Below are positions 12,640-23,198 of a stretch of DNA of 64,000 nucleotides, piece after piece; position 1 is the first letter of the stretch, and each line of letters begins with the position of its first letter. The translations under genes and the position numbers were made by a program. Under the pieces are notes generated by a model that saw only the letters and a program-made list of their open reading frames with translations, did not search any database and was not told where the DNA came from. This DNA comes from Lama guanicoe (Eukaryota). The stretch spans positions 4,000,071 to 4,064,070 of the forward strand of contig MU053810.1 of the NCBI GenBank assembly GCA_013239625.1. The letters are read 5' to 3'.

Positions 12640-14530
12640 CGCGGCTTTTAGGGCAGCGATCGGTCCTCCATTCCGAAGCGCACTCTTTCAAGCATTCTAG
12701 CCCGGCCCAAGCAGCGCCCACCCAGCCGCGGGTCCAAAACCTGCGACTGATGTAGGGAAGCGGCCAAAGCCCCTTAGCTGCGCAGGACTCGGAGCCTCTG
12801 CGCTCCCGCCCGCGCGCCCTCTGCCCGCGCCGCAGGCCACGCCCGTGACGTCACAGAAAGGGGCGTGGCGAGCAGGAGGGGCGGGGCGAGCCCGCTCGGT
12901 TAACCGGGATGCCGCGACGAGCCGCGCATTCCAGCGGGGACACGTGACACTGTCGCGCAGCCTGAGGTAAACAACCGCGGCCCCGCCTCCCGGCCCCTCC
13001 ACGCGCCCTGCTCAGCTCCTCGCCCGCGGGACGCGCTCCAGCGGGGCAGGCGGCTTCCTCCGAGTGTCCCCAGCGGCCGCCGCGGGCCGGAGCAGCGGCA
13101 GCGGGCGCGGCGCCCCGGGTCTACGGGCCGGGCGCGCCGGCCGGGATCGAGAGCGCGTCCCCTCCCCGCCCCCACCGCGCGCTGTGGCGCAGCAGGAATT
13201 TGGCGGGGACTTGGGCGCTATTTGTGGCTCCTGACGCTCGGGCGGCCCTTCGCTCATTTCTATTCCCGGGGCACTGGGTCACCGCGCGCGGCCGCCCCCC
13301 TCCCCCGGGCCCGGAGGGTGTGTCCCCTCACCGGGGCTCCGCGGGCCTATAAGGGGCCGAGCGGCGGGCAGGGACATGCAGCTCTACAGCAGCGTCTACA
13401 CCCACTACCCAGCCGGGGGCCCGGGTCCCACGGCCGCAGCCCCCGCTCCGCCTGCCGCCGCCGCCGCCGCAGCCCCCGCGCCGTTCACGGTCTCTCTGCA
13501 GCCGCCGGGACCTGCCAGCGGCGCGCCGGAGCCCGAGACCGGTGAGTGCCAGCCGGCCGCGGCCGCCGAGCCCCGCGAAGCCGCCGCCGCCCCCGCCGCC
13601 AAGATGCCCGCCTTCTCCTCCTGCTTCGAGGTGGTGTCCGGGGCCGCCGCCCCCGCCTCGGCCGCCGCCGCCGCCGGGCCGTCCGGCGGGTCCTGCAAGC
13701 CGCCGCTGCCGCCGCATTACACGTCCACCGCGCAGATCACCGTGCGGGCCTTGGGCGCCGACCGGCTCCTGCTGCGCGGCCCCGAGCCCGGCGCCTCGGT
13801 GCCCGCCGCCCCGGCCTGCCGCTGCCTCCTGCTGCCCCCGTTGCCAGGCGCACCCGTCCCGCAGGGGCGGGGCTCCATGGCCTGGCCCCTGGAGGAGCTG
13901 CTGAGGCCCGACGGCGCCGAGTGTGCGGGCCTGGACGCGGCCCGCGAGGGTCCCGACAGAAACTTCCGACTGAGCGAGCACCGCCAGGCCCTGGCCGCCG
14001 CCAAGCACCGAGGCCCCGCGCCGCCCCCGGGGAGCCTGGAACCCGGCCCCGGCCGCGGCCCGTGGGCCGAGGAACGCCCGGCGGAGAGGAGCTTCCGGGG
14101 CTGGGACCGGGCCGGAGACCGTAGCCAGCCTCCCGGCGCCGAAGAGCCTCGGCGGCCCGACTCGGAGGCCGAGGCGCCCCCGGCTCGGAGCGGCGAGGCA
14201 GCCCAGGGCGGCGCGGCCGAGGCAGTGGTTGTTTCCACGTCGGATCCACCGGACGAGGAACTGGCCCTGTACCTGGTGGAGGTGGAGAGGCAGGACAAGT
14301 ACCTGCGACAGAGGAACCAGTACCGTTTTCACATCATTCCCGACGGCAACTGTCTCTACCGAGCAGTCAGCAAGGCGGTGTACGGGGACCAGAGCCTGCA
14401 CTGGGAGCTGAGGGAGGAGACGGTGCACTACATCGCCGACCACCTTGACCAGTTTAGCCCCCTGATTGAGGGCGACGTCGGGGAGTTTATCATCGCTGCT
14501 GCTCAAGACGGGGTGTGGGCCGGGTACCCC
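12640..14530. promoter_or_regulatory. CpG island over the OTUD1 promoter and 5' CDS
   Basis: Sharp rise in GC and CpG density against AT-rich, CpG-depleted flanks. Boundaries approximate. Confidence 0.92.
12845..12974 (+). promoter_or_regulatory. OTUD1 proximal promoter motif cluster
   Basis: Palindromic CRE GTGACGTCAC 12845-12854, GC box GGGGCGGGGC 12878-12887, MCAT CATTCCA 12927-12933, E-box CACGTG 12941-12946, forkhead GTAAACAA 12967-12974. Confidence 0.7.
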
Positions 14531-14839
14531 GAACTGCTGGCCATGGGTCAGATGCTGAACGTGAATATACACCTAACTACTGGAGGGAGGTTGGAGAGCC
14601 CCACGGTGTCTACCATGATTCACTATTTGGGCCCAGAGGATTCCCTAAGGCCTAGCATTTGGCTCAGTTGGCTCAGCAACGGACATTATGATGCGGTGTT
14701 AGATCACTCCTATCCTAATCCGGAGTATGACAATTGGTGCAGGCAGACTCAAGTGCAGAGAAAACGCGACGAAGAACTTGCCAAGTCCATGGCCATATCC
14801 CTATCCAAAATGTATATTGAACAAAATGCATGCTCTTGA
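13376..14839 (+). CDS. OTUD1: OTU deubiquitinase 1, single-exon CDS, 487 aa
   Basis: Starts MQLYSSV, then an Ala/Pro/Gly-rich N-terminus with ETGE (13535-13546). The OTU domain has IPDGNCLY (Cys codon 14351-14353) and WLSWLSNGHYD (His codon 14684-14686). The C-terminal UIM is DEELAKSMAISL and the protein ends IEQNACS. Intronless, as OTUD1 is known to be. Confidence 0.98.
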   Translation: MQLYSSVYTHYPAGGPGPTAAAPAPPAAAAAAAPAPFTVSLQPPGPASGAPEPETGECQPAAAAEPREAAAAPAAKMPAFSSCFEVVSGAAAPASAAAAAGPSGGSCKPPLPPHYTSTAQITVRALGADRLLLRGPEPGASVPAAPACRCLLLPPLPGAPVPQGRGSMAWPLEELLRPDGAECAGLDAAREGPDRNFRLSEHRQALAAAKHRGPAPPPGSLEPGPGRGPWAEERPAERSFRGWDRAGDRSQPPGAEEPRRPDSEAEAPPARSGEAAQGGAAEAVVVSTSDPPDEELALYLVEVERQDKYLRQRNQYRFHIIPDGNCLYRAVSKAVYGDQSLHWELREETVHYIADHLDQFSPLIEGDVGEFIIAAAQDGVWAGYPELLAMGQMLNVNIHLTTGGRLESPTVSTMIHYLGPEDSLRPSIWLSWLSNGHYDAVLDHSYPNPEYDNWCRQTQVQRKRDEELAKSMAISLSKMYIEQNACS

Positions 14840-16040
14840 AGTGTCTGAGAAACCTCCGCCCTGGGAAAATGGCAAACCTTATTTGTGTTTGGAGAATTAT
14901 ATGAACGCTAACAGGGTAATAGCACTTTCAAACTCTCTAGTAGATTTACTTTAGGTGTAATGCCTTAATTGTGTTTTTGAATGTTTTTTCCTCAGAGCTG
15001 AAGGTTGCTGGGCACCTAAATGATGTTTTATGATAGCTTTGGTTGATCCTACTGCTATTTGTGAGTTGCTGTATAAAGTTGGCACGACTTAATTGGTAAG
15101 CTGGTTTCTCACAATATAAATTTGTTCATTCCTGATAATCTATTTTCTATAAAAACATATTTTTGCACAACGTTTTTAAAAACTGGTGTACCATCATCTA
15201 TGATGTGTTTTGTCTATACAAACAGCTTTCCAGCATAAATCGAGAGAAGTGCTTTATTTGAAGTTTATTATTTTGAAGAGTTGTGATTTAATATTTTCTG
15301 TTGTTGAATTTGAATTTTACAATACTTAGACAATTATTTCAAATGGATGTTGATGCATACATATTGCCAGATGATGGCCCATTCCATTTTGATGAAACAG
15401 ATGTGTTGCTTTGAAAATCATTATTTTTCTAGAAAAGGTCAACCTTTAAAGAAATACTTAAGGGCTAGTACCAGCTCTTACTTGAATGCAAGCCTGATGT
15501 TTGCTGATGGCAGAGTGATTATTCTGTACTCTGGTTGATGTTTAGATTGTCTGGTGCTCTTTGTTATTTTTATTTATATTTGTTTTGTTGAAAAGGAATC
15601 TTAACATGATGGAAGACTTGGTGACAAGATAAGCCTCCTGCTTTATATATAGTTTCTTGGATTCAATGGAGAGATTCAAAAATGAATGGCATAAATGCCT
15701 CCAGCCAACCTTGGCAGTTACTTTATAGCAGGAGAATACTGTTTTAATAGTCTGTTCCTTTAAAATTCTTTCCAAAGGCAAAATAGGACTGCATTTTGTA
15801 CAAATAAAAATATCTGTATACAGAGCTTTTATGGTTTGCTGGGTCAAACAGTGTTTCCAACCTAAAACCTCTCTCATTTCCACTTTTAACTACTTTTAGT
15901 TCTATTTATTAAGTAATGCAGTTTGTACTTTTTTATTTTGTAACATTTTGTGATTTTTTTTGTACAGTACTGTGTTTGTACAATAGAGCAGTTCTCAGCT
16001 GGTGGAATGAGTGAATAAAATGCATAATTTTACTTTTACA
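14840..16040 (+). other. OTUD1: OTUD1 3' UTR (end approximate)
   Basis: Repeat-free AT-rich stretch after the stop codon, with AATAAA at 15803-15808 and 16014-16019 and several TGTA elements upstream of the distal signal. Confidence 0.75.
16014..16019 (+). terminator. Probable main OTUD1 polyadenylation signal
   Basis: AATAAA preceded by a TGTA cluster (15923-15980) and followed by T/GT-rich sequence. Confidence 0.7.
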
Positions 16041-16537
16041 GTGTCTTTGGCTAAAGTGATTTTTCAAATGACAAAGTGATGTCTGTAGTACTTTTCTTAT
16101 ATACAGTTTTTCTTTTCATGTGTAAAGATGTCAGAATTATGAGAGGTTTCTTAAGTTTTCACATGAACAGGGTAGGATAATCAGTAATTTCAAAGGATAA
16201 GTCTTAATGAAATGTAATTTAAAAGTGGAATAACTCAGGAAATTGTTCTCAGTATTTCTAATTATAATCCTACTGAAAACTATAGATGTACCCATTGGCT
16301 AATGAACAGGGAAGTTCAAGTGTGGTATTAACTAGCACAATGTCTAAGTATAGATTTTGTAGTATATAAAATCTCTCAGCACAGATTTTAATGTTTTAAA
16401 CAGTAACCAAAGCAGCACCCTTTTATCCTAACTTTTAACTAGTCTCTTGAGATCATGGGAATCCGTTAATTTTAAGATGTGTTATCATTCAGTTGACAAG
16501 TGCCTCTGTGTACATAATGTCGGTATGTTTATTGCAG

Positions 16538-16713
16538 AATCAACAACGGCTATTTTGGATTTTTCACTTTTCAGTTGATGTCATGGTTATATAGACACAG
16601 TTGTCTTTGAGTTTGTTGCTTAACCATTTTTGGAAGGGTGCTGTTGGTTTTCAAGGAAAGACAATTTGTCAAAGGTTTCAATATTGCCTTAATTATGAAT
16701 CTTTGATTTTTAG
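16538..16713 (+). pseudogene. Cryptic gene exon E1 (phase 1->0)
   Basis: attgcag|...tag|gtaaga; ESTTAILDFSLFS*CHGYIDTVVFEFVA*PFLEGCCWFSRKDNLSKVSILP*L*IFDF*. Confidence 0.5.
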
Positions 16714-16977
16714 GTAAGAGAAGGCTTGCTTCATGGTTTCACTAAGTATGCAACTTGGGAAGAAGGAAATTCTTTCACTTGAATTATGCAGCAAAGTGTG
16801 GTTTCTCTCCTTGTCTCCACTTGATTTAGATGTGTATGAATTTGGGGGATACTTAACATTTACACAAGGAGTGAACAGACTTGATTAGATACGAATTCTT
16901 AAAAAGCATTCTGTAAGCCCATTACTGCTTTGAGGAAACAGGTTCCTCTGTGTTGTTGTGTTTCATTTTCAAATTAG

Positions 16978-17092
16978 GATCCCGAGTCCTTGATTGAGAT
17001 TCTCAAAGAGAGTGATATGTTTACATAAAATTAAATGGCTCCCAAGATGATATTACATGGCAACATATTATTTTGGTTGTCTTGCCTGAAAG
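16978..17092 (+). pseudogene. Cryptic gene exon E2 (phase 0->1)
   Basis: ttttcaaattag|...aag|gtttat; DPESLIEILKESDMFT*N*MAPKMILHGNILFWLSCLK. Confidence 0.45.
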
Positions 17093-18712
17093 GTTTATGT
17101 CTTTCCCATCCTCTTTCTATGGCTTAGCTTTTTTGAAGAAATGCAATATTCATCACTCCTTTATGTTCCATGTTTGTTCTCTACTTTCATACCAGTTTTC
17201 TGTGTTAGCAGTAGCAATCTTGGGTCACTGAGGACTTGAGCTGTGGAAGAGGTGGAAATGTGGTTGACTTTTATTTCCTTTTAGCAAACATTTATTAAAC
17301 AGTTCATTCCTTCAGTTACCCATATAGAAGCTAAGAGGCTCAAAGCTGTATGAAGGAAACAGTCCATGCTGTGAGCTAAAGTTTAGAGTTTAGGCATTTG
17401 CCATAAAATGTGATGGGGAGGATAAACTCTAAGTAAATCCAATTGTGTTTTCAGATAAATTAATATGGAAATCATATGATTAACTTGAAAATTTTACTCC
17501 AGTGGTACATAGATAAAAACTATGATACAAATAACTATTAGTGTGATTTTTTTTTATTACTGTTTCATTTAAAAACTAAAATGGCAGAGTACTTAATGAT
17601 TTTGGTGAAAACCTAAAACCTAATTCCTTGATCCTTTTGTTCATTTTCCATTCACTTTTCTCTAAAATTGACTTGTGCTAGTGTGTTTAATTGGACTGAG
17701 TAGTAAACCGTTAGTGATAAGCAGCACCAGGACATGTACATGTGATTCTTCAGTTGCAGTCTTCTAAACCTGGGGTCCGTATGCTTTATACAGTAACGTT
17801 TTCATTAGACACAAAGCCTTTTCTCAAAAACCACATTTTATAGAGGAGAGGAAATGCCTCAGCGTCCCTCGAACATCGGAATTGGTTAGCTTCAGCTTGG
17901 GTAAATATAGACTCACGTCGCAATGTTTTCATATTCTTCGTACTGAGAAAAAAAAAAGGATCTTAAGATAATCTCACTACTTTATTAAAATGTATTTTAC
18001 GTGTTTTTCCTTTTTCCCAAAGAGATGAGAAAGTTTAAAATTTTTCCATGATAATCAGTGTGCTCGAATGATGGGAAAGCATTGACAATGAAAATAGGTT
18101 TTAGACCTTTGGACATTAAGATAATTTAATGTATAGGTAAATGTACTGGAAGAATTCAAGAGTGTATACTTCAAATGTGTAACATGTTTAAATTTAAGTT
18201 ATTTGTCACATGAAATCATAAATCCAGGCTTTTTTTCCCGACATCTCTAGAGTGTAACTAAACTCAGAGGCACTGAGAAACTAAGTGGCATTTAATTCAG
18301 TTTCATTCCTCTAATGTGCTAAGTGCAATGGGCATGGACTATATTATGTTCCTTGTTGAGTCCCTGGGTTCCAACCCAGTACCTAGCAGAGTAAATGCTC
18401 AGTAAATATTTGTTGAGGGGAAATACGAGCTTTGGAAAATACTTAGCTGGTGGATGTGAAATTAAATAAACATGGTATGACTCCACAATTATTGGGAATT
18501 ATCACTGACAAAGTAATTCTGAGCATTTTAAACTGAGGTAGTGTTATAAAAGGAGTATTTAAAGTGTTGAATACTATAATGGAAAAAAATAGATTTTGAA
18601 ACCAAAAATTAGAATTTGTTGATTTTATCTTTGTGTCATCTTCCAAACATCTTGAGAACTGAGCTGAGGTTATTTAAAAGTAGTACTTAACTAATCTGAA
18701 GTGATTTTGAAG

Positions 18713-18964
18713 GTGTTGCCATGACTGAAGGGACTTGCTCTGACTTGCTCTAAGGGTTACACCTATCCCAAGTCCAGTCTACAGCAATTCCTAGTTTTGC
18801 TGTGTTTTCGTTCAGTGGCGTTGGGGAGGAGATGTTGGACCGATTTCAAGCATGCTTTATTTAGGACTGTTGTGTTCAATAGTCCTGACTGCATGCTTAT
18901 GCCATTGGTATGGGGCCTGGGCGAGTAGCATGAATCAGATCAGAACAGATCTATTGAGGGGAAA
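18713..18964 (+). pseudogene. Cryptic gene exon E3 (phase 1->1)
   Basis: ttttgaag|...gaaa|gtcagt; GVAMTEGTCSDLL*GLHLSQVQSTAIPSFAVFSFSGVGEEMLDRFQACFI*DCCVQ*S*LHAYAIGMGPGRVA*IRSEQIY*GE. Confidence 0.5.
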
Positions 18965-19409
18965 GTCAGTGTATTTCCTACTGCTGTAAATTAGGGCAGT
19001 GACAATTATTCTATGAGCAAAGGTCAGAGAGTTCACTGCCATCATTTCTCATAGTAAAACCTTACCTAGCTTGGTTTCTCAGAAGTGAATTTTCTAAATA
19101 ATTGAATAGTCCATTTATTTGTAAAATATAAAACAACTGCTTTTGTAAAATCCCTTAAGAAGTGATCTGTGGTATACTTATTTGCCTTCGTAAAATAACT
19201 GAGTATAGTTTAATCTTCCCTTGATAACTGAGGGGTCTCACGTTGGCTTGGGTATGGGTCCGTGAAGCCTTGGTAGATTGCTGAGGCGTGACAGGCGCTT
19301 TATACTTTGAAGGATCTCAGAGTTCTGGGATTTGTATCTTCATGTTTTATATTTTCCTGTCTCCTCCCTCATATTCTTGCTGGTTTCTCTCATCACTGTC
19401 ACTTTCCAG

Positions 19410-19620
19410 CGCTAATTCTCCACCATGACTTCCCGTGTTGAATTAGAGACACCATCCAACATGCTTGTCAGAATAAGAGAATAGGAAATGGGTTTCCATT
19501 TTGGAACTAGGATGCTCTGCTATGAGAAATGTGCTTAAGCTTTAGTTTTTGGTCAACCAGAGAGCCTTTTTTGCCTTTTGCATTCTTTGGTGGTATCATG
19601 GAAGTGCTGAGTGTGTCTGG
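19410..19620 (+). pseudogene. Cryptic gene exon E4 (phase 1->2, donor degenerate)
   Basis: Long pyrimidine tract then ttccag|; TLILHHDFPC*IRDTIQHACQNKRIGNGFPFWN*DALL*EMCLSFSFWSTREPFLPFAFFGGIMEVLSVS. The donor is inferred as gg|ttaagg (GT lost). Confidence 0.45.
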
Positions 19621-19889
19621 TTAAGGAACATGGGTGTGCTTTGGCATATTAAAACAAAACAAAACAATATGGGGTTATCCTAATCTGTAAAATTGGAGTT
19701 GACTTGGCATTGCCTGGGTAATATTTTGCTTCCTCTCTGCCATGTGTAATCCTTTGTAGCATGAACCTGCCACTGTCTTTTTTTGCTTAACGCTTTTTTA
19801 TCAATAGTATTTATGTTTCCTAAGGGTGTTTTTTTTAACATACCAAAGTTTTAACTTTTTAAATAGACAAATCTTTTGAAGTTTCGTGA

Positions 19890-20390
19890 TTCTTTTTTTC
19901 TTCCAGTTTATTATGATATAATTGGCATACAGTACAGTGTAAGTTTAAGGCGTACAACATAAAATTTACACACATCATGAAATGATTACCACAGTAAGTT
20001 TAGTGAATATCCATCATCTCATATAGATGCAAAATTTAAGAAATAGAAAAAATAATTTTCACTTGTGATGAGTACTCTCAGGACTTACTCTTAACAATTT
20101 TCATATATAACGTACAGCAGTGCTAATTCTATTTATCATATTGTACATTACATCCCCACTGCTTATTTATCTTATAACTGGAAGTTTGTATCCTCTGACT
20201 GCCTTCATCCAATCCCTCCTCCCCCATCCCTGACCTCTGGTAACCACATACCTGATCTCTTTTTCTATATGTATGTTTGATTTTAAAACACAGTAGGCCT
20301 ACAACATTATGTTAGTTCCTGGTGTGCAACATAGTCATTTAATATTTCTATACATTTCAAAATGATCACCATAATAAGTCTAGTTACTAT
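19890..20390 (-). mobile_element. L1 3' UTR fragment (L1MA9/L1_Art-like)
   Basis: TTATAACTGGAAGTTTGTA...CCTCTGGTAACCAC motifs. Confidence 0.75.
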
Positions 20391-20411
20391 GCTCTGCATT
20401 TTTGCATTTAG

Positions 20412-20580
20412 ATTTCCAGTCCACCAAGGTGTGGCAATTATGAAGCAGTTCAAATATCAGCTATTCATTGAAGACTCCAAATCATGGTGTACACACACAG
20501 GTCTAGTATAGATATGCCTGCTCTTTTTTGAATTTCCTCTCTCTGATCCTTCTTTAATAAACGTGTTATGTCTGCAATGT
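20412..20580 (+). pseudogene. Cryptic gene exon E5 (phase 2->0)
   Basis: tttgcatttag|...tgt|gtaaat; FPVHQGVAIMKQFKYQLFIEDSKSWCTHTGLV*ICLLFFEFPLSDPSLINVLCLQC (1 stop in 56 codons). Confidence 0.5.
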
Positions 20581-20770
20581 GTAAATAACTTGATCTTCCT
20601 CTTCTTGGCCTTCCCTTTCCCTGAAAGGAAATGTTTTTCTATCATATTGACTAGAATGGTTGAACAGATTCAGTAGGCCCCCTGCATTTATATGCTGACA
20701 GATAGAATTTAGACAATGACAATTTAAAAAAAATTCCAGTTGTATATGTGCATTTTATATTTTAAAGTAG

Positions 20771-21027
20771 AGCCCTCAGCTGTTCTTCCCACCCCCTGCC
20801 CTGCTTCCTCGCGGCCTTTCATACTTTGAACTGGAATGATTTTAGCAAGTGTTGATCCCAAGTAGGTGGGCAATGCGTACACAGGCAACCTCAATGATGT
20901 ACGCTTGAAGTAATGATTGCGTCTAAACAAATGTTCCACTTAGAAGTTCTCTGAATAATTTTAGCAATGGACCATGTGGTTGTATTTCTTAGCTTATCAA
21001 GGTATAACAGAGGGGAGTACAACATAG
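20771..21027 (+). pseudogene. Cryptic gene exon E6 (phase 0->2; frame uncertain)
   Basis: ttttaaagtag|...atag|gtaatt; SPQLFFPPPALLPRGLSYFELE*F*QVLIPSRW... Other frames also read plausibly. Confidence 0.4.
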
Positions 21028-21150
21028 GTAATTGTGGAGGGCATTTATTCCGGTGTGTCACATAACACCTGTGCAGCCAATTTGTAAAATAAACTCAAGG
21101 TTTTCCGTTCTAATGACCAACAGGAAACATTCACTTTTTGTTTCTCGCAG

Positions 21151-21272
21151 TGAAACTTGAGCTATCCTGGTGATGTAACAGGAATGAAAGAAGTAGAAGA
21201 ACACAGGAAATTCCTACTTAGGTGTCATTTTCACTGCCTTTGCCATCTTGCTGAAAAGTGCAGACTGGGGGA
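21151..21272 (+). pseudogene. Cryptic gene exon E7 (phase 2->1)
   Basis: tttttgtttctcgcag|...ga|gtaaac; ET*AILVM*QE*KK*KNTGNSYLGVIFTAFAILLKSADWG. Confidence 0.5.
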
Positions 21273-21486
21273 GTAAACAATTACGCTTTTGACTTTAAGC
21301 AATGCTCGTGTCTCAGTAAATAGTAGATATTCCAGGTATGTAGAGAAGTCCTCAGTAATTCCAGTTTATACAGAATTCCAGGACAAAGAAGAGAGAGATT
21401 TAAGACGTATGTTGAATTTTTTAATAGAAAGTAGTTCTCTGACAGATTTTCATTACCTTTTCATTTTATCGATTGACTGTTGGCAG

Positions 21487-21641
21487 ACGTCACTACTACT
21501 CAGAATTGTGGCAGTTTGCAAAGAGATGGCTATACTGATTGAGAAGACGTCTTGGCCCTACAGGAATAGATAGTGCAATTTTAAGAGTGAAGCTAAGCTG
21601 TTGTAACAAAAAGAAGTTAAGAAGAAAATTGTAATATGGAG
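21487..21641 (+). pseudogene. Cryptic gene exon E8 (phase 1->0; frame uncertain)
   Basis: gactgttggcag|...gag|gtatct; NVTTTQNCGSLQRDGYTD*EDVLALQE*IVQF*E*S*AVVTKRS*EENCNME. Confidence 0.4.
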
Positions 21642-22496
21642 GTATCTGGGAATAAAGTGAATAATATTTACATAACTTGTTTCACATTACAAAGATACGA
21701 AAGAATTAGTGTGGCCATAATTTAAGGTTCCTGATTGGCTCCTCAACAATGCATTTGCCACAGGTTGAATATATACAGGTTGAAAAGTCTTCCATATCTT
21801 GAGAAGGCTGCTCTATTTCTATTTCTATTCGTAATTGTTCTTTAGTATATGAGAAATGTCTTGAAAATCTAGCCTTCAGCACAAGCCTCGGTTTTTTTCA
21901 GAAAGAAGAGTATATTAAACTTTTCCCTTTTTTAGGTTTTTATAGATCTTGCTTCTCTAGGGTGTTGCTAATTTTGCTTTCTCCTCTTTTTAATAATTTT
22001 CTAATTATTTTTCTTTTACATTGTCCTGCTGGATTTTCTTTTAGAATAGTTTTATGTGCTCTAGTCTGCTTAAAATTAGGTGATCTTTCCTAATTTTTAC
22101 TGATTTACTAAGTCTTTAAAAGAAAATAAGGAAACCTCAGCTTCTTAGAAAAAACAAACATACCATTAGTGGGTACTTAGTGGGCTAGAGGCTCCACATA
22201 AAGATCATATGAATAATTTTAAGGATGAGACTTCCCCTCTGAAGTTAAGGTTAATAAGAATCTTTGTATACTTGGGTCAGAACAGCCAAATGCAAAGATA
22301 ACCTACCCCAAGAGATGGTCACTAAAGTTCTTTTTATGCAGGAGGGGTTTCTCTCAGTTAAGTCAGGGCAGCTGTACTACAAGCATACCTTTAGCAGGAG
22401 AAAATCAAAAGTGAATGATGTGAAGAAAGCCATGACTAACTCAAATCTGTATCTATATTATCTGTTTATATGTCTGTCTGTCTATCCTGTTGCAAG

Positions 22497-22641
22497 AATG
22501 TATTGTCAGAAGTGTGGTGGTCTGTCTGATCCCTAGAGAAAAGAGAGCCAAGGAACACAGGCAACAATACATGGGCCAGTGTGTCTGCTTTTGTTGAGGT
22601 GAGAAGATGCCCTGAGCAAGCCTTGCTAATATGCTGAATTG
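22497..22641 (+). pseudogene. Cryptic gene exon E9 (phase 0->1)
   Basis: ctatcctgttgcaag|...ttg|gtaaga; NVLSEVWWSV*SLEKREPRNTGNNTWASVSAFVEVRRCPEQALLIC*I. Confidence 0.5.
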
Positions 22642-22835
22642 GTAAGAAAAGTAAAGGAAAATACATGTTGGAAATACAAATATTCATTCAACAAATATTG
22701 ACTGCCTGGAGAAGAGTGGGTGCTGTGCTGAGTACTATGCAGACTCACAGGCTATGTGGTAGTAGATCCCTAATAACTGGTGGCTGTAATAATCATACCT
22801 TGCACAAGTTATTTTGCTCATAAGAAAGATCTTTG

Positions 22836-23198
22836 ACCTAAATATAAGACCAGATACTATAAAGCTCCTAGAGGAAAACATAGGCAGAACACTCTGACAT
22901 AAATGGAAGCAATATTTTTTTCAACCCAGCTCCTAGAATAATGGAGATAAAAGCAGAAATAAACAAATGAGACCTAAGTAAACTTAGAAGCATTTGCACA
23001 GCAAAGGAAACCATAAACAAAAAGACAACCTACAGAATGGGAGAAAATATTTGCAAATGACGAGACCCACAAGGGACTAATTTCCAAAATATACAAACAG
23101 CTTATACAGCTTAATACCAAAAAACCAAACAACTCAATCAAAAAGTGGGTGGAAGATCTAGACATTTCTCCAAAGAAGACATCCAGGTGGCCAACAGG
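22836..23198 (+). mobile_element. L1 ORF2 internal fragment
   Basis: ACCTAAATATAAGACC...CTAGAGGAAAACATAGGC...GAATGGGAGAAAATATTTGCA...GACATTTCTCCAAAGAAGAC. Confidence 0.9.

Noticed and set aside
12697..13545. Several 80-107 aa ORFs in the CpG island
   Set aside because: Stop-poor GC-rich promoter DNA, with non-ATG starts in several.
13328..14572. 414-aa antisense ORF and other overlapping ORFs across OTUD1
   Set aside because: Expected shadow ORFs of a very GC-rich CDS; low-complexity Gly/Arg/Ala sequence with no recognisable domain.
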